Shown here: positions 1 to 13,200 of the stretch, in pieces
Layout: every line of letters begins with the position of its first letter
How positions within the stretch are numbered: the first letter of the stretch is position 1
The notes under the pieces: model-generated
What the model was told of the DNA's origin: nothing
Database searches by the model: none
What the model saw: the letters and a program-made list of their open reading frames with translations, nothing else
Translations under genes and position numbers: made by a program
From: Tubulanus polymorphus
Taxonomy: Eukaryota > Animalia > Nemertea
Reading direction: 5' to 3'
Length of the DNA stretch: 64,000 nt
Assembly (NCBI RefSeq): GCF_964204645.1
Contig: NC_134028.1
Span: 24,982,345 to 25,046,344, forward strand

Positions 1-553
1 CGCAAGTCGTATAATCAATCAAATAAATTTCCTGCAATATGTATTTTTTTCCAGGCGAACTGCGTTATATCCGTGCATCGCCACAAAATGATTCATCTTA
101 AGTGCGATATTTGAAAAAATCACGAGAATTGTCTATGACATATTGTATTGTATTTGAAGAATGTTTTCATCCAATATTATCATAAAATTTTGGCATTGAT
201 CGAAAATTATCGACAAATTTTTACTGAGTACAATTATATAGATTTATGAAGTAAATCGAAAGTATTTTGTAATGCTTGTAAAGCTAATGCAAAATAGATG
301 CAGACCGTTGTAGTCTCATGGAGCCTAGTGTTAGCAGATGGATGGAAAATCCACGATACAAGTTTCAAGATCTCGTTAAGACGGGCTCTTATGTGTCGAT
401 ATCATTCATTTTGAATAGAGATTGATTTCTGAAATGATCCTTTCCTCTCGAATCCTGTAGTAAATATTAACCAAGAAAATTCGCAGTTGTGGATATTTTA
501 CCGTAAACGGCACGGAGTGTTTACTTCCGCTATTTTACCGTACATCGTCGCTG

Positions 554-580
554 ATTGGCTCATTTACACCGCGCATGCGC
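554..580. promoter_or_regulatory. Promoter-like motif pair: inverted CCAAT box and NRF1-type palindrome
   Basis: CTGATTGGCT (ATTGG at 554-558) followed by GCGCATGCGC (571-580), the NRF1/ewg consensus. No gene is confidently assigned to it. Confidence 0.3.
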
Positions 581-1496
581 ACAGAGGTGCACGACTTTAC
601 ACGAAAATTCAAGGAATGTGTGGAGAAACGACGAATAGAGTTCCCGAATGATAAATACCATTTTAGATCTCGTGATTACAAAAACGAGATAACGAATTTA
701 GAATTTTGTTAATGTTATTTTTGTATTTGACAAATGATATTCGAAAGCAAATCCACTAGAATCGTCGCAGGATATTGATTGTGATTATCGAAATCATTCT
801 TGTAACACGGTATGCGCGTCAGACGGCTATGTATTACGAGTTGTAAAAAATATTCCGTACCACTATGTCCGCCGAGTCTGAAAATATAAGTGCGGCGTAG
901 CAAACACAGTCGAGAGCTCGATATACACTACAATACTCGTTCGTCGCCCTTAACCACTCTACAAGCGACGATAACGGGAATAAATCTCGTTGAAATCTTG
1001 TCGTCGAAAAACGTGGAAATTGATTGCATGAATTCGCAACATTCCGGGCATACAATTTTACGAAATTTGTTTTTCGGGAGATGAAGCCGATTTGCGAAGG
1101 AACTAATCTGTAAATAGCTCATAGTGCAATCGTGCAAACTGAAAGAAACGGAAAGTGTCATTGTTCCGAGGCGGATTACGAAAATCGAATTTCATAGAAT
1201 TGATTAGTAAATATCAGAAAGCTAAATCGTCGATGCAACGATAAACGGTGTAGTTTCCGAGGCAAACTTATAGGCTGTGCTTGTTACGAAAGGGGGTGGT
1301 ATTATCCAATGAGAATACGTGAATAAAGAGATGTGGGATTACAGATGAGTCGTTTATTTTCTCCAGACTAATAATACTACAAGGAGATCATAGAAATATA
1401 AATCATGATAAGGAATATTTACGATATATCAGCCTATACATGAACAAAGAGACGATCGGCCACCTGGCGGTAATAGCTGAAACTATGACTTCAGTA

Positions 1497-1535
1497 CGCC
1501 TGATGATGGCTAATAGTTGTTAGACGAAACGTCGC
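1497..1535 (+). ncRNA. Minimal type I hammerhead ribozyme motif (Penelope-like element type)
   Basis: gc-CTGATGA-T-GGCTAA(tagttg)TTAGAC-GAAAC-GTC-gc. The core is intact, stem II has one mismatch, stem III is a minimal palindrome and the cleavage triplet is GUC. Stem I is only 2 bp. Confidence 0.6.
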
Positions 1536-2907
1536 TCCTAAATATAATCATTCTGACATAGAACTTTTCAATTTTGGCTTCGTTATTGTGGGATTTCCCT
1601 CGTTGCGATTCCAAACTGATTCAGCGCTGAATATCCGTTCACCCATCATTAGATACCCCATCTATTTCATTCGAGATTTAATATGCGCGGCGTTTCGGCG
1701 TCGTTTCTAATAATTCCCTGTGTGAATGCACAACGTAGCTATTGTTTCACGCGCGTACAATTAGGAGAATGACGACGTCTCTTGAGTTATTGCCTGAAGT
1801 GTTCTGTATAAGATGGGACGACGCACAGCTGCGTAAACAAACCGCATATTACAGTCTCCAATCACGACTTGATGTAAACGAATGGACGGACGTTTAATAA
1901 GGACGGGAGCGATTGAAGAGTGTACAGAAAATTAACTTTAATTCGAGAACAATCTAAAAAATCCTTAAAAAAATCTGCGGACCTTGCCAAAGTCCGCGTT
2001 TGGCTACGTTGAAATGCGATCTGAATTCGTTCCAATGATTTTTTTCTCTCGTGGCTTTTGTCATTATTATCACAATGTCCGTGTAATAAACTCCAGGGAG
2101 AAGTTATTAGAGAGCCACAAATTGAAAGGCATATATTTCGCTACGGAATTGATCGTAAGGTCTAAAAGCCTCCGGTGCCTGAATTGACAAGACGTTTACG
2201 TACGTGGGCCAGTCACAGGATGACAACTATAATTGATGAACAGTGTCTTCAAGTCTTGAAGTGCCACTAGACCGAACTCTGGCTGCTGTTTGATAAAGAT
2301 ACAATCGCAAGCCATTTCAGATACGGCGGTATGTAGATAACTGTATAAATTGGTTGGAGGTTTTTTTGGAGGACACATCACCCGGTAATGGGTGGGGCGT
2401 TTCATGTTGATATTGTTTGGTCCTTAATAACAAATCATCTTAAGTACAAATCATCATCAGCCACTTTGGAAGATATTTCCCTCTGTGAAGAAATTATTGA
2501 ACTAGCCTTTAGCCTACCAGTGATGAAGTTCATTACCTATTTTTCATATTACTGTAACGCTGATATGTTTGTCGCTCCCCATAACCCGCCCAAGACGGGA
2601 ATCCTGCCTGTATAATATCTGTGTTATATTCTTGAGCGAAGTAAAGGACACAACGGGAAACCGATGGTCATTACGCGAGGGCTTGCGTATGTTCCAGCTA
2701 CAGCGCACACTGTGACAGACGACCACTTTAGGCGTCATAGACGAGATGTCAAGGTCACGCACTTGGCGAATGTTTTACGATCGTTCTGCGAAGTGTTTTG
2801 TACCTGCGGTGCACATGTTTTATCACCGATGTTGTATCCATTAACGTTCGTGTTTTTCCATAAATTTTCACACGTCCGGGGCCCATCAGTGACCGGCTGT
2901 ATTTAAC

Positions 2908-2948
2908 CATGGACTCTAAAACGATTTTTTTTATTACTAGAGTCCATG
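2908..2948. repeat. Short hairpin, possible MITE remnant
   Basis: 11-bp perfect inverted repeat CATGGACTCTA (2908-2918) / TAGAGTCCATG (2938-2948). Confidence 0.45.
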
Positions 2949-3088
2949 ACTAGACCCAGTGCGCTCTTGAACAATGATGGTTCTTCTGAAGAACCGTATG
3001 GGGTTCTTCAGAGGAACCCTTAAAGGAAATAAGTCACTTCAGTATAACTGATCTTTTTAACGATGCTTCAATGAGCGTGTATGGGAGT

Positions 3089-3338
3089 ACCGCAACGTCA
3101 AGCGCAGAACCGCAACGTCAAGCGCAGGACCACCACGTCAAGCGCGGGACCGCCACGTCAAGCGCAGGACCGCCACGTCAAGCGCGGGACCGCCACGTCA
3201 AGCGCAGGACCGCCATGTCAAGCGCGGGACCACCACGTCAAGCGTGGGACCGCCACGTCAAGCGCAGGACCGCCACGTCAAGCGCAGGACCGCCACGTCA
3301 AGCGCGGGACCGCCACGTCAAGCGCAGGACCGCCACGT
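3089..3338. repeat. GC-rich 20-bp minisatellite, about 12.5 copies
   Basis: Unit AGCGC(A/G)GGACCGCCACGTCA repeated in register, three per 60-nt line. It explains the repetitive ORFs 3071..3355 and 3081..3431. Confidence 0.95.
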
Positions 3339-4380
3339 TATGTGCAGGGTTCTAGCACGAGTAAGAGGAGTGATCATCACATGATCGTCATAACAGGTCT
3401 CCTGCTGTGTTCTGAGCTGCGTGACAGATGATGTGTACTTTTTTGAAAAAGAACTACCAATTCTTGGAAAATGAAGAGACTAAGATCTACCACGGACAAA
3501 AACATTTCCACAGTGTTTGAAAGTAACTATATCAGTAAAGCAAGAGAACTACATTCATCATACGATACGATCGAATTAAACAGTTGCTTCAAATGCTCTT
3601 TCGTTATTCTGCATACAAAACAGGCAAAACGTTATTAACTGTTTACCCGATGAAGCTACTGTACATTAGCAGAGAAAGATCGTACTACAAAATGAACAAG
3701 TTAACGTATGAAGCACTATCCTGTCTCGCTATATTTATATGGTACTTAAATAATGTCTCCTTTCTCGCCTTCTTTTATGACAACCGTGACAGATGCCACT
3801 GGCAGTTATTAAAGTACATAATGCAATTGCGTTGAAATACAACGATGTCAATGGTTACAATGCTTCCTGCTGCCATGCTTCCTCGGCAGGGATTCCGACC
3901 AGAATGCCTCCTGCCAACATAAAACGAATGCCCGGTCTTTTCAAATTAGAAATTTCCCTCGTTCAAAACGATCCAAATGAATCATGCAAAGTCAAAATAC
4001 AGCAGTAAGTTGTTGGTTTAACTATTGGGTTTCGAAGTTTCTCTTGTTTCTCTTTGCAGTCCGAAATCATGCATTGCCTTAAGCATAGCAAATGGGATCC
4101 ATGAAAATTGAAAGGATTGGTCAGAAAGGAGGACATATCTCGTATAAACCAGCCACGTCAACCGAAGGTCACAGGGAGTTCTCTCTCGGCGAATTTCAGT
4201 TTTCGTACTTTTCCCACTAGTGGTCCGAACAAAGGAACGCACTATAGTTCGGTATTTTTTGCATTTACCAGTTTCGGCCATCTTAGGTCCGAACTACAGC
4301 GACCGCGTTCAGTAACGTGGTTCGCTATCTCCGGGCTATAGTTCCGATTTAACTGACATTCGGTTTCACGTTGTTTGCAA

Positions 4381-4541
4381 ATGTCGAATAAATCTAATAA
4401 ACGAAGTTCGCCCTTGACGTCGACGATCGACGATCTCCATCTTGACAACGTCGGCAACCTCGATGAGAAAGGGGAAAATATGGGATGGAACCCCTTAGAT
4501 CCGTTCCCGCTACCCACTCTTATACATCGATTTGTCTCAAG
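4381..4541 (+). other. Candidate orphan first coding exon or uORF upstream of the glycosyltransferase
   Basis: ATG at 4381 opens MSNKSNKRSSPLTSTIDDLHLDNVGNLDEKGENMGWNPLDPFPLPTLIHRFVS(R), ending at a possible donor AG|gttagc (4542). No homology recognised. Confidence 0.25.
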
Positions 4542-4749
4542 GTTAGCATGTGTATAGAATGTATTCATCAATGTTAACAATACTTCATCAACATATATCA
4601 CACAATCTCTGCACTTCATTGATTACGAAGAAGCGAGACAGGTGGCACCCGGCAGACGACGTAACATATACACATAACCTAAAATCGGTCTTTGTCGTAA
4701 GATCTTCGACATATCTTTTCAAAAGAAAAAACGTGTTTGGAAGTTGAGA

Positions 4750-6679
4750 ATGTCACAAAATATCGGATACTTACGAATCAGACGCAAGCTATGCGGCCGT
4801 TTTCAGTCGTTGATGTTACTTAAAATGAGCTTTTTGATGACGGTCATTTTTGTGATTAGTTGTGTATTTCTCAATTACAGCCGATACACTTTTCAGGGTC
4901 GGTCTGAACGCGGTGACTATACCGGCACTGTTGCGAGAAACCTTCCTCGTCGTGTTGGCGAATCCGCCTGGCGGGATATTTGCAAAGGGCTTTTTAAAGG
5001 GGAGAAGACGGCGATACACAAAGCCAGGAACTACATGAAAGTTTACCCGATGAAATCTATAACCGACTTAGAATACCTTCGAATACTATCGAATTTAACT
5101 TGCTCCGAATTCATTGCGAAAAACGGTTATTTTACGTCGCCGACATCGTTAGAAGAGGCGAATTTCCCGCTCGCCTACGGGATATTAATCTACAAGGATT
5201 TCGAACAGTTTCAACGAGTTTTCAGAGCGGTTTACATGCCTCAGAATTACTATTGCATCCACGTCGATAGCAAAAGTCCCGACGCATTCTATAACGCGGT
5301 TGTCAAGTTAACTGATTGTTTCAAAAACGCTTACGTTGTCGGAACACGCGTAGACGTGCGTTGGGGAGAGTCTAGTTTGTTGAAAGCGGAACTTACTTGC
5401 GCCAGAGATCTCTTAAAATACAAAAATTGGAAATACTACATTAATCTTAGTGGTCACGAGTTTCCGTTAGTAAGTAACCGCCAGCTCGTCCGCGTATTCA
5501 AAGCATACAATGGATCGAATGACATAGATGTCCAGTACCCGAAAAAACAATGGTAATCATTAATGCATTTTCAATTCGTTTTTTAAACTAATTGAATAGA
5601 TATCTTAAAGGATATCGGATAATGGCGTATACAATCGGATATTCCACTTGTGGCATGTGCGGATCCACCAGGTTCTATAACTCTTGTTCCATATTGATAA
5701 ATTTCTATAATCATTTTTGAGAGGATGTTCACTACGTCATCAATATATCCTGGCTGGACTGGTGAACGGGTATTCAAATTCATAATCACTTCACGATCCT
5801 TGATATTATATAGCTATATATAATATTATTCATTGTCAACGATATTAAGCATTATATGTGTTATTTCAAAGAGTCAATAACGTTATTTTCTTTTCCAACA
5901 TGATCTCGTTACAACAAGGATATCGTGATTCATCTGTGGTTATCCTATCGATAGTACTACAACAGATACTAATCGTTTTTTTTCCTGATTGTTTTCAGGG
6001 TATTGCGATGGCGATACCGATGGTTGTCGCCATCCAACCAAACCATGGTATTTAAAGAGTCGCCTCCTCATCACTTCACGCCGAGGAAAGGCGAGGCGCA
6101 TGTGACTGCGAGTCGGGAATTCATGGAGTTCGCGCTAACTGACGATAAAGCTAAAGACTATTACTATTGGTTGCACGACACGCTGATGCCGGACGAATCG
6201 TTCTACACGACCTTGAACTTCAATGGGACAATCTGTGCACCGGGTAGCTACGTAGGTAGGTGTCCCCGTTTATCAGGACTTTGGGATTGCCTTATTTGAA
6301 CAATCCATTAACAACGAATGTATTTTCTTTTTTTTTACAAGGAAACCTAGAAGAAAAGAGTCATCAATATGAGGCCCGGTATAAGAACTGGGGGCATGCT
6401 CAACCGAAATACATGGGCGGGAAGAAGATCAAATGTCAAGGTCTATGGAGGAGCGATATTTGCATACCGGGAGTTAGTGATATGTCAAAGATCATGCGCC
6501 CAAACAATACGAAACTCTTTCTGAATAAAGTTTTTCAAGATTTCGATTATTTGACGTACGATTGTTTGGAGGATTATCAACGCAATCTGACGATCTGGTC
6601 GACTTCTGCAAATTTCACATTCGATGATTCGCATTACCGGAATTTAACGTTTGTTAAGAATAAACGCGATTGTAATTGA
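4750..6679 (+). CDS. Beta-1,6-N-acetylglucosaminyltransferase (core-2/I-branching, GT14, GCNT-like); 3 exons, 465 aa
   Basis: Exons 4750-5552, 5999-6255 and 6342-6679 have GT-AG junctions, consistent phases and total 1398 nt. There is an N-terminal type II TM anchor (FLMTVIFVISCVFL). GT14 motifs: FPLAYGILIYKD, RAVYMPQNYYCIHVDSKS, WKYYINLSGHEFPL, catalytic PDESFYTTLN, C-x-G-x-W-x3-IC and LFLNK. Confidence 0.93.
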
Positions 6680-9069
6680 ATTATTTCGCTAAGTGTTATG
6701 GCTGTTCTGTTGTGCTATCTTACATTATATGGAGTTTAAGAAGAAGTGTATATAGAAAATTCATGCGTTTCCGGTGATGAATGCTATATATGAAATGATA
6801 TTATTGAACTGATTTTAACAAAGGCCGAGTGCTCTTCGCGCCATCTGGCGGGATAGCCGGTGCTACGGGTTACCCATGAACTAACCGACAACGCGAAATG
6901 AACTTTTATATCATATGGTATACAGTTTCTCCTGATCGATTCTCGATTTGTTTCGTGTTTACTTAAAGTCTAGCTTCGGTATATAATAATCCATGTTGTA
7001 CTGATTCCGGCGATCCGATAGAATGAAACGGCTTGAATTCAGAAACGACTGTTACCTGCACCACATGATCTGTTACTGCGGCGGCTGCCACAAACTGCTT
7101 CACCATCAGGCGAGATTTAATGTGAATATCGCGTGTAACTAGACGACATCTATCAGAATATTGAAGATCTCTGCACGCAAAATTTCCATTCAGCGAAAAA
7201 AAAAATCCAATTGGGTATAGAAAATATTACCGAATCGGCTGAATTCATGCAGGCATTAGTCCGAGCTAGGAGCTTCCTGTTTCAGATATTCGCTATTGTT
7301 GAGCGATACTTCCCGAAAGCGTGGTGATAAAATGACTACTGTTTGGTTTTGAACATCAACGTAATCTATAAATGTGTCAGGGTAGGCAATGGCGGATGAT
7401 AATTTGTGATTATAGAGATGGGAGTGTTGATGGATGTCCGATCGAGGGACCAAGGTGACACCTAGGTTTAGCTCATTTCGTCCAGATAACCCATGAAAGA
7501 AAAAATGAATAGAAAATTGATAGATCTTATAAAGTTGATTAAAAATGCAAATATGTTTTTTTTTCATTTATCAACTGGTTGACACTCGATGCAAAATATG
7601 TTTTATGGAGAATCTTTGGCAATCTGGTTTGGGCTTCAATTAAGTGATCACCATAAAACCATCCGTAGGCCATTCACACCGATCAAAATACACGATCAAG
7701 AAACCGCTAATTCTACATATAGATATTTTGACAGCTACCAAATGGTTTTATTAATGGTCAATCGTAAAAACATTCATATTCAATGAGACCTGAATTTGTC
7801 GTCGACATTTCTTCGACGTAAAGAATAATTCATGACCGCCGTATATAAATAATGAGCGCAGTAAATGACGGTTAGTTCGTTTCGCTTTTGTTGACTATCA
7901 GTCTGTAAAATCGAGCGTCATTTCCCTCTCATTCTCGTCAAATCTATAGCGACTGTAGAAAGGCGGATATTGCAATGTCGCGTTCGTTGCGACTCCACGT
8001 AAAACAAATCACTCTACGACCCTTTATAACCCTTTCAAACTATGTGTTAATACTACGGGTTAGATAAGTCCGTCAGGCATTTTTTACTAATGTGCCCCAG
8101 CTAACAGGGGCGGCAATGGTGTTATTTTTCAGTGGGGCTTCCATTTGTATATCTTACGTATTGCATCTTTTTGCGTCATTAGGGGCTACTCACAAAGTGA
8201 CCGTCTAAGGGAAGCGAGACATTGGGTCCTCAAACAGGAAATTTTGAAATCTTAGTGTCTTCCGTGTATATATCCGTGACGTTAACTTGCACTTGAAAAG
8301 TTCAGAAGTTCAGTTAATGATTGCAAGCAAAAGTCTCGTCATTCACAACGAAAAAGGTGCACTATGGGGGTTGATATGGCGTTTCAAGATAGATAACAAT
8401 ATTATACGTATAGGCTATTCGTATCACGGCGTCTATCGTCGCTGAATATGTGGCTTCATGCAGGTGGCGAGGCATTGATAACGATATACTATCTAAGAAG
8501 CCGGTAATTCCCATAAACCACGGTGTAATCATTGCGACGATTACTCCAATAAGAATAAACTAAGAAATAATTAATGATTACGCCGAAGTATATGAGGAGA
8601 CGACCAATTGCTCTGTAGTGCAACAGATGGTTGTTATGGCAACGATTATGTCCGGACCTACCGACAGATGACGACATATACCCCGCTACCCTGGGCGCTA
8701 CTTGTTATGATGGTTCGACGGAAAATTGAGTAATAATTCGACAAAACTGGAATTGCGGTCGCCGTGCGGTGATAAAAACCTGGTTTATGTGTGCAATACT
8801 GAAACGTTATATTAGTAATGACGGACGTTTGGGTCATGAGTTAATGATACGATCCTTCCTTTGACGATGGAGCGTGTCCAATTATCCGTATACGCTTTTT
8901 GCGTTGAATGTTATGTAGTATTGCGCCCTTATTTGACCTGCATTGATTGCGCTTATAACAGCCGTATGGAAAGATAAACCGTTTGTCAATACACGTCATG
9001 TTCTACGATAAGAACGGCATCGATTAGTACAGAGACCTATCATCATAGTTTAGAATTTCATTTAAAAAC

Positions 9070-9314
9070 TGGTTATGGAGCGTCCACTTACTGGAGGAGC
9101 AGATGTATTAACCAATCCTTCGGAGTGCCACTTAGGGCCTTGGCAGGTCCAAAGATTTAAGTATTATCGATTGAGGGTGAGAGGCTGGACACGTTCGACC
9201 AGGTCAGGAAACTTGGCTGCCACCGGGACTCGAACCCATGGACCCAGAATTGGTGAGACCAGTGCGTGAAACCTTAAGATGGATGACTATTGAACGACTC
9301 GGCCAACACGTCTC
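9070..9314 (-). mobile_element. tRNA-derived SINE
   Basis: Minus strand has a Pol III A-box TGGCCGAGTCG near the 5' end and B-box GGTTCGAGTCC (9226-9236), followed by a non-tRNA body. No complete cloverleaf. The 3' boundary is approximate. Confidence 0.65.
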
Positions 9315-10173
9315 TCTTTTGAAGCAATGGGTAAGATGGGAATGGCAATGAATTCTGATTACATCCCCACTAAAGGAGAGATGCCCTGGCACCACTGGGG
9401 AGGTCGTCCCTCAGTATACCATGATTAGCTATGTTTATGAATGAGGCCCCAGTTCACAAAGTTCAATCATGATTAGTTGCTAATAAATCTTACAGTTTAT
9501 CATGACTGCGAGCCAATTTAATTGCAATTAGCTCCGTGAAACTGCGGGTCTCGGAGCATATCTAATAATCATAAGGCAGGTTTTTCAATGATGCAATACT
9601 AGGAATTATTGACAATCCGGTAAAATCGAGAGAAAAGTTTGCGTGAAAATTGATCCTCGGACGACAATTATCGCTGATTCACGTGTCTTACAAAACGGGT
9701 TTCGCAATAGGGAAAGGTTTTTTTTAACTTGGTCGATTCTACGAGTGATTTATCAGCCGGAAATTATAATGGATAGCCGAGTACCTGGCTGCCAGCGAGT
9801 GTGATGAACCCATGACAACTCCTGACACTCATACCCGAGCCAAGCGTTTGCTATCTTCAGGATCTGGTTCTGTCGCTAAAACTTAAACTTATTTCTACAT
9901 CTACTTTCGGACTGTTTACACGTGGATAACGACCAAAATATAAAAGTGGACGATGTAAGATAACTTGAAAATATAGTTATTTTCAAATCTTGATGTTTTA
10001 AGTTAGGCAGTCGAAATTTAACCCCAACCAGTTATTTGCCCGCCCGGAACCCTACGATGAAATATTGTTTTCACGAACCGGAACTAGCGGAATAGCGGGA
10101 ATTTTCAATTATGCATTTCGATTTAGAAAAGAAAAATATGTAAATTCGACCGATCTTCCCACTATATCTGTAC

Positions 10174-10243
10174 TTCGATTTCCGATTCAAAATCAAACCC
10201 CCTGTTTCGCTCCCGGCAGGTGTGGCGGGTTTGTTAGGGGCAT
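10174..10243 (-). repeat. Dispersed repeat (retroposon 3'-end-like), copy 1 of 3
   Basis: Core AAACCCC..TTCGYTCCCGGCAGGTRTGG.GGGTTTGT recurs at about 53217-53266 and 55453-55520. Copies 1 and 3 share a TTCGATTTC.GATT..AAATC tail-like flank. Confidence 0.7.
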
Positions 10244-13200
10244 AGAAATTCAAGTCAAATCAAGATTAATCAACCAAATACATGGAAGAGGGATAATTTT
10301 CTATTTCAAGATCAAAAGAAACGTGACTAACGTGACAACTCAAAAAGAAAGTCATATGATGCTAATTTATCAACCGTATAAAGCTGGTACCCTACATGGC
10401 TGGCATTCCAATAGACTAACTGTAAACATGTTTTGAGCAAGTTTGCTTGGAAAGAATTAGTTATAAAAATGTTCTCAAAAAGAGGTGACTTGTCACGTGG
10501 TGGTGTAGACTGGAGGGGATTAAAAAACGCCGTTTCACGATAAGTCGGATGATATTTCACTCACGTTGTGAGGCAGCTTTTTGTCGATCCATCATGAATG
10601 GATTTCATCAAATTCCAAATGAAAGATTGTGGCTGCTGCTATTTTGCAACTGAATGAAACTTTTTTTTCTAAAATGTAAAATTCTGATCGCATTAGCATT
10701 ACGGAAGGTAACGTTCTTTTCATGCAGTGTTATTTGAATTCGTTTTCGTCCCGTAGCTCGAATGCTCGAATGTCGACCAATCCATTAATCTCAATCAATT
10801 CGGAATATGAACTGCGTAACTTTCTCCCGGAAAATCCTGTCTGCAACAACATCATTCAATGCTTTTAGATCTTTGACATGTTAATCGCTAGCAACAGCTT
10901 GCTTCGTGTTCCTTCTCCGCGCGCTATCAGTTCGCAATGGCTGCCGTATCTGCGCAGTTCGAATTTATCAAACAGCTGTCGTTAACGACCGCAAATGACT
11001 GAGAAAATGACGAAAAACGACGCAGGAACATCTTCGAAACAAGAGCAGCGATATAGAAGAGGCTTCGGAGATGTATATAAACAGTCGTAACACCTCAGAC
11101 ATCGAGTGCGATGCGCTTCAAATTATTCGAGACATCCCTGTTAGCTGTCACAAAGAAGACAAATGTTATTTTAATGGAGCTTCTCAGATTTTCCCCATAA
11201 CACTTGTGGCATTGCGTCTACGAAGAAGTAGAATATGACCTGAGGTCAGTTTGGAATGAATTAAGTGAAGAATGATGTCTACATTAAGATATAAACTGTT
11301 TCGGTGACTTACATTTAATCGAGGAGGTGGTCGACATTTTTTTCAAGACGAATCATCGAGCTTATTTCTGCGTCTGTGTTGTAGATATGGTCATTTACAA
11401 AAGATAGTCTTGTGTTTGACCATCAAGGCCTTATCATTTGAAAAACCAAGTACGCACTTGCTTTAGTATACACACGAGTGCAAGGTCGCATTACCACCAA
11501 AACCAATCAATAGAAAATATGGCGTTTTTACAAATTAAACCCTGTATGTGTAGAGGAATGCGGAATTACCAATCAATTCGGTTACGATTTGGCACATTTC
11601 TTCTTTTAAAGAAATGAATGTTGACGTTTTCTAGCAATTCTCTTTCTTCAAGATTGAATTGTTTCTTTGAACCTCGTCAAAAGTATGCAGTACGCGACTC
11701 GCAATCTAATGAAATCAGAAGATACACGACGGTCCATTGTCGCTCTGGAAACAGGACGATTGCTATTCATAACTCGTTCATCGCATTTCTTCACAGGTAT
11801 CAACGCTTACATATACTATCCGACGGTAATACCTGGTGATATCAACCGTGTATACAAGCAATAACTCATTTGTTTACGACATATTACGGCTGTACGTGCG
11901 TGAGTGACATTATTCTGCTGTTAGAAGAACTAGATGAAATAATATCCCCTAGATATATACTAGTTAGAACAGTAAACGGCTTGTTACTCGCTAATGAATG
12001 ATTTCATAGACGAATACAGTAGTGTCCATGACATTGGCGGCTCAAGTTGGATCGATTTCTACCGGGTTTGTTTCTTGTTTTTTAATACGATTTCCTTCGC
12101 TAATGCAATGCATTAATCGTTTCACGGAAGGAGAATTTTAACGGCTTTTCGAGCGCGTTTGAACGACGGCGAAAAAACCGATACGCAATTTCGTCGACGA
12201 CATTTTAGAGGACGCGTTATGAAATCATAAGTTTTCATCAACGAGTCGAAATCAGAATGAGTTCAATTTAATGATGTGCGTCACAGAAGCAAGTTCACGA
12301 AAATACATTACGTACGCGGTCAATCTAACCAGTCCTTGCCAACTGGTTCCTATAGGACCTAATGACATACGGCGCTAAGACTTAAATTAAGTTTTTTTCT
12401 TTTTAAATAATGAGTCAGGACGTAAAGTCTGAAAGTGCGTAGGCTTCGACCATAAAGTTGCCTATGATTTGGTGTAATATCTCACTGGCAATGTTTAAGA
12501 CTTCGAACGATCTCTTACGACAAATGCTGACAAATTATACTCCTTCGTGTTCGAATATTTCAGAAGAGTTCAAGTGATGTTTACGAGCTAGTGCGCGTGA
12601 TCGATCTATCGTAGTCTAGAGACATACAAAGCCATACAAACGCCATCGAAGGCGATTTCAATAGAATAGTTTCCTGTCGCTGTTGCAGCGCGTTGCGCGG
12701 CGCTTTGAATGGTTTCGAGCGAATGAACTGAAGAACCTCTCGACACAAACGCTAGAAATCTCCCCCCGGGAATTAACCGCTCTAATCGGACCGTTTCATG
12801 TCGAACATCGACCATCGTTAAAACGACTGCTTTTCGTAACCTTTTCCAATCGGTAGCAAATTATCGACGAGACTTAGGACGATACGAATAATGACGGTAA
12901 AATACGCCGGCGTCATTAAACGCATTCATAAAATACAGTTTCATTATATCGCGAAAATTGCGAAATTTCTGACGATGGCTAAAATCTTTGAACCGCAAAG
13001 TTTCATCCCGCAAATCGTACACTTTTAACAAGCGCTCTTCAAATGGCAATTCGATTTTTACGAGCGCGCATTTCACAAACCGCTGAAACGAAACAAGAGA
13101 CCGTATACATAGCCCTGTGCGCGGTTCATCATTTTAAAGATATCATCGATGCCGATCAGCAAAAATATCGACGCTCGCAACGGTAATCGCAGCGGTAATC

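Noticed and set aside
715-1161. Cluster of overlapping short ORFs
   Set aside because: No recognisable domain and no consistent exon chain could be built.
3089-3338. CRISPR-like array
   Set aside because: Units are directly adjacent with no unique spacers, the context is eukaryotic and there are no cas genes.
3071-3431. Repetitive ORFs (ATSSAGPPRQAQDRHVKR repeats) as a neuropeptide precursor with KR sites
   Set aside because: They are a by-product of a 20-bp (non-triplet) tandem repeat that cycles through all frames, and there is no signal peptide.
9226-9314. tRNA gene (also 62226-62290)
   Set aside because: A and B boxes are present but there is no acceptor stem or cloverleaf, so these are interpreted as SINE heads.
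12861-13082. Minus-strand ORF preceded by a strong acceptor (gtttcgtttcag)
   Set aside because: It could be a terminal exon, but there is no homology or demonstrable partner exon.
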